A stretch of 34,021 bases of DNA. Source: an uncultured Lentisphaera sp. (GTDB lineage: Bacteria > Verrucomicrobiota > Lentisphaeria > Victivallales > GWF2-50-93). Where the stretch lies: the NCBI GenBank assembly GCA_964638335.1, contig CAZXAC010000001.1, forward strand, positions 1 to 34,021, read 5' to 3'. Below the pieces are notes generated by a model that worked only from the letters and a program-made list of their open reading frames with translations, searched no databases and was not told the origin of the DNA. A program made the position numbers and the translations under genes. Shown one piece after another: positions 25,007-33,160 of the stretch. Each line of letters opens with the position of its first letter. The first letter of the stretch is position 1.

Positions 25007-27112
25007 ATGAAAAAGTTTTCCATTTTTTTAAGAAGCGTATCTTTGGTATTTCTTTTCCTCATTATTGGAATTATTTTATGCTCGGCGGAAGAACTGAAAA
25101 ATCCGCTCGAAATGGTGCTTGCGGACAATGGAAAGAGTCTTGCTCCGGTCATTATTCCAAATGATGCTACGATGTTCACCCGACGCGCGGTAGATGATCT
25201 GGTGGACTACATAGGCAAGGTTGGCGGAGGGAAACCAAATATAATTGAAGGGATGCCAGATCCTGTTCCTGAGCATGCGATATGGGTGGGGTTCCAGACT
25301 AAACTGAAAGAATTATTCCCCGATACGGACTTTGACTTCAAGAATCCGGAGGAGATCCTTATAAAAACTGACGGCAGGAATCTTGTTATTGTCGGAAGGG
25401 ACGTTTGGGATCCTGTTATAAATAAATCGAAAATAAGCAAAGAAGGTTTTCAATTCGGTAACCGCGATGTGGAGGGGTTTCAGTTTGAGTACGGCACGGT
25501 TAACGCTGTCTACAGTTTTCTTCAGAAAAATTTAGGTGTTCGTTGGCTATGGCCGGGAAAGGACGGAGAGGTGCTAGCAAAAAAAGATAGGATCGCGTTT
25601 AAACCTTTTGAGTTCCGTTATCATCCCAAGATTCGCCAGAGGCACAGCATATTTGCCCATCTAGCTCTTTTTAAGAATGGAGGGAAACCTGGCACTGACA
25701 GCGGAAACTGGGTGATGAGACAGCGTCTGCTGTTGGATTCGCTTTATGCTCCTGCCTCCGGGCATGGATTTGGAAATTGGTATGAGAGATTTTACAAGAC
25801 CCATCCGGAGTACTTCGCTTTGCAGCCTAACGGCTCTAGGAGCGGTTCAGACAAGAATCCGAGTGGAGCGAAAATATGCGAGTCAAATCCTGCTGTATGG
25901 GATCAGTGGATCAAGGACGTAGAAGAAACAGTAAAAAAATATCCGCATAGGAAGGTATTCAATGCGGCAGCCAATGATGGATATACATACGGTCATTGTA
26001 CTTGCGAAAAATGCAGATCTTGGGACAGCCCAGAGGCGGAGCTCAGAATATTCATATATGGTCCGGAACGCCCTAAGCTTCCAGCATTGTCCGACAGACA
26101 AGTCACTTTCGCGAATAATCTTGGACGTCTTCTGAAGGAGAGATTTCCTGGAAAGGATTACAAGGTGCTGATCCATGCATATGGATTTTCAAGACCGGCT
26201 CCGATAAAAGCTGTCCCAGCGGACAACGTAATAATATCTAATGTGGCCAACGTCTTTTCGGATCCTGATGTTTCGGACAAGAATTCTCTGATTGGAGCCA
26301 AAGCGATGGACTATTTCGATGAATGGGCAAAAAAGACCAAGAACCAGATATGGCGTCCAAACACTGGGGATCCGGCCCATTGGCGCACCGGAGGACCTCC
26401 AGACATAACAGGTGCCGGTAAAATTTTCAAAAGAATGGCTGAGAAAGATATTCTCGGGATATCGATAGACATGGTATGGTTTTACTGGGCCACCCAGGGA
26501 CCTCAGTACTATCTGATGGCTCAGCTCGCGTGGAATCCCGATCAACAAATTGATGAGATTATGGACGACTACTATAAGTCTGGTTTTGGTCCTGCGGCGG
26601 AGGAAATAAGGCATTATTGGGAGAATTTGGAGAGCAAAAGAATTGAAATACAGAAAAAGAATGTGCCTTGGACTGAATCTTTCAATCCTGGATTTTTCAA
26701 TGAGGCATACTCCATCCTTGACAAGGCGGCTGAAAAAGTTTCGATGTCGGGCAAGGAATATTCCTACAAAGTTTCATTTGTAAGGTCAGGCCTCGATTAT
26801 CTCCGCTTGAACACCGAGAACCAAATTCTGGCGAGACAGATAATTAACTCAAAGACTGCCGATTCAGCGCTTAAAGACAAGATGCTTGCAAACTGGAAAC
26901 AGATAGAGGAGATTTCGGAAAAATTCCCGAACTCTTTGAACAAGGGGCATGTAAGCAGGAACGCTTCGACTGGTCATTTGAGCTATATACATCCGGACGC
27001 CGATCACAAGGCTATGGAGACCGAGAGATTGAAAAAGCAAAAGAGGGAGGAGAGGAAGGCAAATTTTAGAAAACAGCAGCAGGAACAAGAACCCGATCTG
27101 GGGCTGGAGTGA
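25007..27112 (+). CDS. secreted DUF4838-like protein (putative glycoside-hydrolase-like; family named from memory of the architecture)
   Basis: 701 aa. Signal peptide MKKFSIFLRSVSLVFLFLIIGIILCSA. Cys cluster GHCTCEKCRSWD. Conserved block WRPNTGDPAHW ... YYLMAQLAWNP ... DDYYKSGFGPAAEEI, shared with the partial ORF at 33161-34021. Strong AGGAGG SD at 24994-24999. Confidence 0.55.
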   Translation: MKKFSIFLRSVSLVFLFLIIGIILCSAEELKNPLEMVLADNGKSLAPVIIPNDATMFTRRAVDDLVDYIGKVGGGKPNIIEGMPDPVPEHAIWVGFQTKLKELFPDTDFDFKNPEEILIKTDGRNLVIVGRDVWDPVINKSKISKEGFQFGNRDVEGFQFEYGTVNAVYSFLQKNLGVRWLWPGKDGEVLAKKDRIAFKPFEFRYHPKIRQRHSIFAHLALFKNGGKPGTDSGNWVMRQRLLLDSLYAPASGHGFGNWYERFYKTHPEYFALQPNGSRSGSDKNPSGAKICESNPAVWDQWIKDVEETVKKYPHRKVFNAAANDGYTYGHCTCEKCRSWDSPEAELRIFIYGPERPKLPALSDRQVTFANNLGRLLKERFPGKDYKVLIHAYGFSRPAPIKAVPADNVIISNVANVFSDPDVSDKNSLIGAKAMDYFDEWAKKTKNQIWRPNTGDPAHWRTGGPPDITGAGKIFKRMAEKDILGISIDMVWFYWATQGPQYYLMAQLAWNPDQQIDEIMDDYYKSGFGPAAEEIRHYWENLESKRIEIQKKNVPWTESFNPGFFNEAYSILDKAAEKVSMSGKEYSYKVSFVRSGLDYLRLNTENQILARQIINSKTADSALKDKMLANWKQIEEISEKFPNSLNKGHVSRNASTGHLSYIHPDADHKAMETERLKKQKREERKANFRKQQQEQEPDLGLE

Positions 27113-27265
27113 TTATATGAGTGTCCTTTTCGATAATTTTACTATTCTTTTTGTTGATTTTTGGCAAAAAAGGTTTGTCTTTTCTTTCATAGTATTGCAT
27201 ATTCTTACGGAACGAATGGGTGAGTTTTTTAACAGATATGCAAAGGATAAGGATAGGAGGGCAAC

Positions 27266-28225
27266 ATGAGAGTCGCTATGTTTTCTTTTGTGGCAAAGGG
27301 AGTCAAAGGGAGTTTTTTTATTCTTGTGAGTTTATTGTTGGTGTTGAATCTTTTCGCGGCGGCAAAAAAAGAAAAGCAAGGAGAAAAGGCAAAGGGTAAA
27401 AAAAATGAAAAAGCTGTAGTTGTTCCTGATGGCGGTGAGATAGTTTTTCCAAGAGAAGGTTCGATAGATTACAATGAAGGAACCTTTGAAATCTGGTTCA
27501 AGCTCGCCTATAACATAGAAGATCCTATGGTTGAGGATAAAAGTTTTCGCGTTCCAGTCAAATTCCTTTCCTTTCACAGAAAAAATGACGATAAGTATAG
27601 CAAGGAGAAAGATAAAAAAGGCCCACCATACAAATTGATTAACCATGTAGATAACGAAGAAGCTCCGACAATCACCATATACATTGAGCACAGGGAGGCT
27701 GGAGGAGGAGTTATTGTTTGCGCATCAAATCTAATTGACAGGAAGATTCTTGACAGGAAGGTTCCTCAGATTTATGCTGTGAAAGGGCTGACATTTAAAG
27801 CCGACGAATGGCACTTTATAGCATTGTCATGGAAGAAAGTTGGTGAACAGTATGAGTGCAATATGAGAATTGATGGAGAATCCTTGCCGACTATTACGGC
27901 GTCAGCATGCAATATATCCGATATGAGTCCGGAAGGTGCGATAATCAAGATCGGGTCAACTGAAGACTCTCTTTTCGCAGTGAACAGCTTCAGAATTTCC
28001 AAAACAGCAAGAACCGAAGAACAATTAAAGAACAGTTTTGAAAAAGGCCTCTCGGCAGACTCAGACACCTTGTTATTTCAAAACGGAGAGAGCTTGGCAA
28101 AACTTAAAAAAAGCGAAAAACTTACGGCGGATGTAGACAAAAAGGGGCAAATTTTCGGAGCCAACAAATTCATAGACGGCAAATTTGGTAAAGCTCTTCT
28201 TCTTCACGTGCCAGGCAAGAAATGA
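27266..28225 (+). CDS. secreted LamG/concanavalin-A-like lectin-fold protein, tandem paralog 1
   Basis: Signal peptide FFILVSLLLVLNLFAAA, then a Lys-rich linker. LamG-like hallmarks: GTFEIWFKL ... ADEWHFIALSWKK ... GSTEDSLFAVNSFRISKTARTEEQL. AGGAGG lies 6 nt before the ATG. About two-thirds amino-acid identity to the next ORF by eye. Confidence 0.6.
   Translation: MRVAMFSFVAKGVKGSFFILVSLLLVLNLFAAAKKEKQGEKAKGKKNEKAVVVPDGGEIVFPREGSIDYNEGTFEIWFKLAYNIEDPMVEDKSFRVPVKFLSFHRKNDDKYSKEKDKKGPPYKLINHVDNEEAPTITIYIEHREAGGGVIVCASNLIDRKILDRKVPQIYAVKGLTFKADEWHFIALSWKKVGEQYECNMRIDGESLPTITASACNISDMSPEGAIIKIGSTEDSLFAVNSFRISKTARTEEQLKNSFEKGLSADSDTLLFQNGESLAKLKKSEKLTADVDKKGQIFGANKFIDGKFGKALLLHVPGKK
28149..28225 (+). 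repeat. 77-nt near-identical segment (copy 1) shared by the 3' ends of the two LamG-like paralogs
   Basis: 28149-28225 versus 29250-29326 is 76/77 identical. The only difference is 28204 T versus 29305 G, which is synonymous (Leu). The 60 nt immediately upstream differ at many positions. Confidence 0.85.
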
Positions 28226-28360
28226 CAATCTTGCCAGGAGCAGGAGTTTTGCAAAGTGAATTTACTTTCCTCTTAGAGTATTTTGTTGAAAATAAGCTTG
28301 CCATTTGGCTGAGAATGTCGCATATTGACCGTGGGGCAATCTTTTAAAAGGGAGACAAAG

Positions 28361-29326
28361 ATGAAAAGGAATATGTTTTTTCTGATGGGGAAGGTTTTTA
28401 GACAGTGTCTTCTTGTTGTCGTCGGATTGATGTTGATGGTGGAGCTTTCTGCTGCCGCAAAAAAAGAAAACGAAAAGACGAAGACAAAAAAAATTGAAAA
28501 ATCAGCGGTTGTTTCCGAAGACGGCGAGATAGTTTTTCCCGCCAAAGGTCTCATAGATTACAATCAGGGGACTTTTGAAATCTGGTTCAAGCTTACCTAC
28601 AATCTGGAAGACCCTATGACGGAAGAAAAGAGTTTTCGCATAATTCCTATTCTTTCTTTCTATAAGAAGGAGGATGATTCTGTTTATAACAAGGAGAAAA
28701 ACAGGAAGCCTGGACGTTACAATGTGATCAGTTGTTATGCGGACGAGGCAGAGGCTCCGACAATAAATTTGCTTATTGAGCACAGGCAGTCAGAAGGCGG
28801 ATCCATCCTTTATGTATCGAATCTGATAGACAGAAAGACAAAGGGATTGGGCATAAAAGTTCCTAACGCCTATGTAGTGAAAGGACTTACGTTCAAAGCT
28901 GATGAATGGCATTTTATCGCCATATCATGGAAAAAAACAGAAAATGAACAATATGAATGTTCGATGAGCATTGATGGCGAAGCGCATCCGCCGATTACCG
29001 CGTCGGCATGTAAAATAGCTGACATGGATCTGTCTGACGTGTTGATTAGGATTGGTTCAATAGAAGATGCTTTATTCGCGGTAAACAGTTTTAGGATTTC
29101 CAAAATTGTAAGATCTGAAGAGCAGATAAAAAGCAGCTTCGAAAAAGGTCTTTCTGCGGATTCAGATACTTTGTTTTTTCAAAACGGTGAGAGTCTGGCG
29201 AAATTGAAAAAGGGCACTAGACTAGGCACTGAAGTTGACAAGAAGGGTGAAATTTTCGGAGCCAACAAATTCATAGACGGCAAATTTGGTAAAGCTCTTC
29301 TTCTGCACGTGCCAGGCAAGAAATGA
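28361..29326 (+). CDS. secreted LamG/concanavalin-A-like lectin-fold protein, tandem paralog 2
   Basis: MKRNMFFLMGKVFRQCLLVVVGLMLMVELSAAA signal peptide, then GTFEIWFKL ... ADEWHFIAISWKK ... FAVNSFRISKIVRSEEQI. I place the start at ATG 28361 (GGGAGA SD at 28350-28355) rather than the track's 28325. Confidence 0.6.
   Translation: MKRNMFFLMGKVFRQCLLVVVGLMLMVELSAAAKKENEKTKTKKIEKSAVVSEDGEIVFPAKGLIDYNQGTFEIWFKLTYNLEDPMTEEKSFRIIPILSFYKKEDDSVYNKEKNRKPGRYNVISCYADEAEAPTINLLIEHRQSEGGSILYVSNLIDRKTKGLGIKVPNAYVVKGLTFKADEWHFIAISWKKTENEQYECSMSIDGEAHPPITASACKIADMDLSDVLIRIGSIEDALFAVNSFRISKIVRSEEQIKSSFEKGLSADSDTLFFQNGESLAKLKKGTRLGTEVDKKGEIFGANKFIDGKFGKALLLHVPGKK
29250..29326 (+). repeat. 77-nt near-identical segment (copy 2) shared by the 3' ends of the two LamG-like paralogs
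   Basis: See 28149-28225. It encodes the identical C-terminus IFGANKFIDGKFGKALLLHVPGKK* in both genes. Confidence 0.85.
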
Positions 29327-29342
29327 TGGAATTGTAAGGCAA

Positions 29343-30719
29343 ATGAAGAAAAACATAATAATGATAATGAGCGACCAGCACAGTCCTTCTGTGCTGGGAT
29401 GTTACGGAAATAAAGAAGTAAAGACTCCTAACATTGATAAGCTTGCTGAAAATGGTGTAATGTTCGAGAATGCCTACTGCAATAATCCGGTCTGTGTTCC
29501 ATCGCGGATGTCCATGCTTACGGGGCTTCATTCGTCAAAAATAAATGTTTGGTGCAACGCTGACTGCCTCTCTCCGCATTTTGCCACTTGGCCATTGCTT
29601 CTCAGGCTCTCGGATTATGAGACCGTAATATGTGGGCGAAATCACATGATTTGGGGTGATAGGTTGAACGGATTCAGCAAAAGGCTTTGTGGAGATGAGA
29701 GCGAGAGCATACCACTAATATCGGCTGGGAAAACCCAACAGGGCGGGAAATCCCCTCAAGCGATTGATTCTCATCTCGGTTCAGTAGAGAAATCTGTACA
29801 TTCAAACCATGATATCAACGTTACCAATCATGCTTTAGAATATTTGAAAAATCCACCCGGCAAACCTTTTGCGCTATATGTCGGTTTTTATCAGCCACAT
29901 GCTCCATTCGTGGCGCTAAAAGAATATTACGACATGTATGCAGGCATGCCTTATAGATCATACAGGAATGAAAAATTTGAAGAGCCCCACGACAAAATGA
30001 TAAAAAAACTGCAGCTGGACAGAGAAATTCCTGACGAAAAGTTGGCCTCTGCTGTTAGAGCCTATTATGGGATGGTTTCGCATATAGACAATCTAATAGG
30101 GAAGATAATCAGCCAAGTGGAATCATCCGGGCTTCTCGATAATACAGTAATAATTTATACTTCGGACCATGGAGACATGCTTGGCAGGCATCGTTTATGG
30201 CATAAGATGTGTTTTTATGAGGATTCTGTAAGAGTTCCACTGATTTTCTCCTTTGAGGGGTGCAAACGTGGAAAGACTGTTGACTCGAATGTTTCTCTTT
30301 TGGACTTGTTTCCGACCTTTCTTGAAATTGCCGAAAGTGAAGAAAAACCTGAATTAGATGGACAATCCATTCTGCCTTTGCTCAATATGGACGCAAAATC
30401 TCTTCCAAAAAATTCTGTAATTGCGGAGAGTATTGGAATAGAGCTTGGAAGGCCGGGCAGAATGTTAAAGAAAGACAATTTCAAACTTATATATTATCAC
30501 AATGAGAAGCCTATACTTTTTGATTTATCGAAAGATCCTGACGAACATGAAAACCTAGCTGAAAGTCCCGCCCACAAAGATATTCTTGGAGAGATGATGG
30601 CAGAAATCATGCAATCTTGGGATGTTAATAAAATAAATAAGACCTTCGAAGAATGCCGCAAGCACAGCTGCTATCACAGCGCCGTTTCAAGGCTTTCAGC
30701 AGCTGAAAAAAAATCCTGA
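29343..30719 (+). CDS. Cys-type (formylglycine-dependent) sulfatase, no signal peptide
   Basis: MKKNIIMIMSDQHS ... CVPSRMSMLTG (C-x-P-x-R) ... IIYTSDHGDMLGRH ... DLFPT are sulfatase family S1 hallmarks. Start placed at ATG 29343. The track start at 29286 overlaps the upstream gene's 3' end. Confidence 0.88.
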   Translation: MKKNIIMIMSDQHSPSVLGCYGNKEVKTPNIDKLAENGVMFENAYCNNPVCVPSRMSMLTGLHSSKINVWCNADCLSPHFATWPLLLRLSDYETVICGRNHMIWGDRLNGFSKRLCGDESESIPLISAGKTQQGGKSPQAIDSHLGSVEKSVHSNHDINVTNHALEYLKNPPGKPFALYVGFYQPHAPFVALKEYYDMYAGMPYRSYRNEKFEEPHDKMIKKLQLDREIPDEKLASAVRAYYGMVSHIDNLIGKIISQVESSGLLDNTVIIYTSDHGDMLGRHRLWHKMCFYEDSVRVPLIFSFEGCKRGKTVDSNVSLLDLFPTFLEIAESEEKPELDGQSILPLLNMDAKSLPKNSVIAESIGIELGRPGRMLKKDNFKLIYYHNEKPILFDLSKDPDEHENLAESPAHKDILGEMMAEIMQSWDVNKINKTFEECRKHSCYHSAVSRLSAAEKKS

Positions 30720-30750
30720 CACGGAATATACTATTCAAGCATGATTATGA

Positions 30751-32205
30751 TCAGGTGAACATAGGACGAACAATTCCGTCGTATTCATAACTGCGTCCAC
30801 GCAAATGCTCGCAATCCGCCAAAATGCGCTCAAAGGTTTTTCTAGCCCAGTCTGGCAGTGTTTCCCAAGTGACATCGCATCCGCGATTATTGAGTTCTTT
30901 CGGATCGCTTTCAAGATCGAAGAAATCGAATTCCTGCGTCTGAGGATAGTAGTTGTACTTCAGGTTCGCCTGTCTTGCCATCAGACCGTGACCATAGATC
31001 CCGCTTTCCGATAACATCACGCGGTCTGCTGGCAAATCCTGTCCCTGCAGTGCGGGTTCCAGACTCATGGTGTCTGGGGCTGGCGCCCAATCTGGTTCAA
31101 TCAAGACTCCGTTGTGATCTCGCAGTCCTGGCATGCTAAGGCTACAGCGTTCCAACACAGTAGGTTTAATATCGCAAAGCGAAGCGAGACCGCTGACACG
31201 GTGTCCCTTCTTTACTCCTGGACCGTTGAATATCAGGGGCACGCGGCTGGATGGTTCATGGAAATAACCTTTTTGCAAGAGGTGGTGATCTCCTAAGTAA
31301 TCTCCATGGTCGGAGGTAAAAATAAATAATGTATTTTCGCGCAAACCCAGCTGCTCGAGTTTCTCTATGACCCTGCCAACTTGTGCGTCAACCGCTGAAA
31401 CATCACCCATATAACGGGCACGAAATGCGGCGATGGAGGTATCGTCCAAAGCGCGCCAACCTCTTTTCCCTTCTAACAAAGGCTTAGCGAAAAATTTGAG
31501 TTCGGCCTCGGATTTGACTGGTGGCGGCAGATCCTCCGGTCGGTACATATCATTGTACGGAGGAGGAGGCTTGCACGGAGAATGTGGTTGTAGAACTGAT
31601 ATCCACATGAAAAACGGTTCGCTGGCGCTGTCGCGGCAGGCGCGAGTGGCGGCAATCCGATCGAGTTCCGCCAAAGCGTAGGTGGTGTACATTACTGGCG
31701 GGTAATCTTCCAGCTTTGTCTTAGCATCCCATACATGATTATAATGTCTGACAACCATATTGTCCCAGTCTCGGCCGGTAGCTCCCGGTTCAGGCATTTT
31801 CTTTTTGCCAAAGTCCTGGTTTTTATCGGACATGAATCGTCGAAGTTCCTCTGGCGTCATGACCTTGTGAAATCCTCCGTGGCGCTCTGGTGGGAAAAAA
31901 TGTGTCTTCCCGACCTTTACCGTGTAGTAACCATTCTCCGCAAGGACTCCCGGCAATGTTTCCATGTTCTTCGGCCAGGACATACTGTTGTAATACACCC
32001 CGTGACGGCAGGCGGGCAGACCAGTCATGATCGAAGCTCTTGCCGGTACGCACATCGGATAAGGTGTATATGCATTGTCAAATATAGTACCTCCAGCGGC
32101 AAGCGCATCCAGATTTGGCGTTTTCACAGGGAAAACTCCCAAATGTCCAAGACAGTCATAACGGAACTGATCAGCAGTAAAAAGAATAACATTCTGTTTC
32201 ATCAT
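30751..32205 (-). CDS. Cys-type (formylglycine-dependent) sulfatase, no signal peptide
   Basis: MMKQNVILFTADQFRYD ... CVPARASIMTG ... GKTHF ... FIFTSDHGDYLGDHH ... DIKPT. AAGGTG SD upstream. Convergent with the previous sulfatase, with a 31-nt spacer. Confidence 0.88.
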   Translation of the reverse strand: MMKQNVILFTADQFRYDCLGHLGVFPVKTPNLDALAAGGTIFDNAYTPYPMCVPARASIMTGLPACRHGVYYNSMSWPKNMETLPGVLAENGYYTVKVGKTHFFPPERHGGFHKVMTPEELRRFMSDKNQDFGKKKMPEPGATGRDWDNMVVRHYNHVWDAKTKLEDYPPVMYTTYALAELDRIAATRACRDSASEPFFMWISVLQPHSPCKPPPPYNDMYRPEDLPPPVKSEAELKFFAKPLLEGKRGWRALDDTSIAAFRARYMGDVSAVDAQVGRVIEKLEQLGLRENTLFIFTSDHGDYLGDHHLLQKGYFHEPSSRVPLIFNGPGVKKGHRVSGLASLCDIKPTVLERCSLSMPGLRDHNGVLIEPDWAPAPDTMSLEPALQGQDLPADRVMLSESGIYGHGLMARQANLKYNYYPQTQEFDFFDLESDPKELNNRGCDVTWETLPDWARKTFERILADCEHLRGRSYEYDGIVRPMFT

Positions 32206-32348
32206 TACACCTTAAATTTTATTTTGCCTCTAACTTAAGACTTTATTCTTTAAAATACAAATATCGCGAATTTTCTCGATGAAATCCTTTCTTTGCAAAC
32301 TTGGTTGGGAGAAATAAGCGGTTAATTTAAGGTCCCGTGTGGGCCCGA

Positions 32349-33143
32349 TCATTGATTGCTACCAGCCTTCGGCTTGTAGAAAACCCCCAAAACTTTAGCT
32401 AGAGTGTTAATATCGGAACCGGGTACTTCGCGATAGAGTTCCCTGATCGAAACCCATTTCGCGGAAGCGTCCACGAAGAGAATATTCGCCCCGGAATTGA
32501 ACTGGGTTGTTCTCTTGTGGTTGGTCCTGTAGTTTTCCAAGTTAGAGGAAGTTACCGGATCCATGGTTGATTGATCAATGACCCAGTCCTGAATTAATGC
32601 CTCGGAAGGATTGAAGCTCGACCATTTCCCGCCGTTATTCGGTACTTTCTTGTACCGATTCAAGATAAAATAGGTCGTGTGTCCGCCAGTAATTCCTGCG
32701 TTGTCGATGATTTTGCTCTTGTCCGCTCCCCAAGTTTTCGAAAGCGGAGCGGATGGACAGAAGAAGACCTGTCCTTCCGACTTCCATTTGTCTGAGTTGA
32801 TATAGGGGTTGGTGTAAATCGGTTGGTCTTCGGGAGGGGTGGTGGCGAGATCGTCATTGTACCAGGATATCCTTGTTCGGTGTGGTCGGTTGCTGATGCT
32901 GTTGCCAGCCAGCCAACCATCGTTGTCTGCGGAATATCCAGTCATGAAAACGTGTACCTGTTTGAGGTTCGACATGCAAAGGATTTCCTTCGCTTTTTCC
33001 TTGGCGTTTTTAAGCGTTGGCAGTAGCAAGGCCGCCAAGATTGCGATTATGGCAATCACAACTAGGAGCTCAATTAAAGTAAAAAAAGATCTCCTAGCAA
33101 AGGCGTTTTCATTTTTTTTCCTGTTTTTTTCGATTCCTTGCAC
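32349..33143 (-). CDS. prepilin-type N-terminal cleavage/methylation-domain protein, DUF1559-like (pseudopilin-like, PVC-expanded family)
   Basis: [46 protein letters not shown] is a type IV pilin/T2SS pseudopilin-like leader and helix. The C-terminal [14 protein letters not shown] resembles the DUF1559 'H-X9-DG' end motif, with DA in place of DG. GTG start preceded by AAGGGG. Confidence 0.82.
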   Translation of the reverse strand: MQGIEKNRKKNENAFARRSFFTLIELLVVIAIIAILAALLLPTLKNAKEKAKEILCMSNLKQVHVFMTGYSADNDGWLAGNSISNRPHRTRISWYNDDLATTPPEDQPIYTNPYINSDKWKSEGQVFFCPSAPLSKTWGADKSKIIDNAGITGGHTTYFILNRYKKVPNNGGKWSSFNPSEALIQDWVIDQSTMDPVTSSNLENYRTNHKRTTQFNSGANILFVDASAKWVSIRELYREVPGSDINTLAKVLGVFYKPKAGSNQ

Positions 33144-33160
33144 GTTTTGGTCCCCTTATT

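Noticed and set aside
27086-27112. Similar C-terminal endings of the two DUF4838-like proteins (...EPDLGLE* and ...RSGLDLD* at 33161-33181), considered as a possible sorting signal.
   Set aside because: The resemblance covers only 4-5 loosely similar residues, and the preceding tails are unrelated. It cannot be distinguished from chance without many more homologs.
28211-28238. Hairpin enclosing the stop codon of LamG-like paralog 1, considered as an intrinsic terminator between the paralogs.
   Set aside because: The stem has 9 bp with an A/A mismatch, and only GTTTT follows, 7 nt downstream, so there is no proper U-tract. I kept it as an observation under the 77-nt repeat finding and not as a terminator call.
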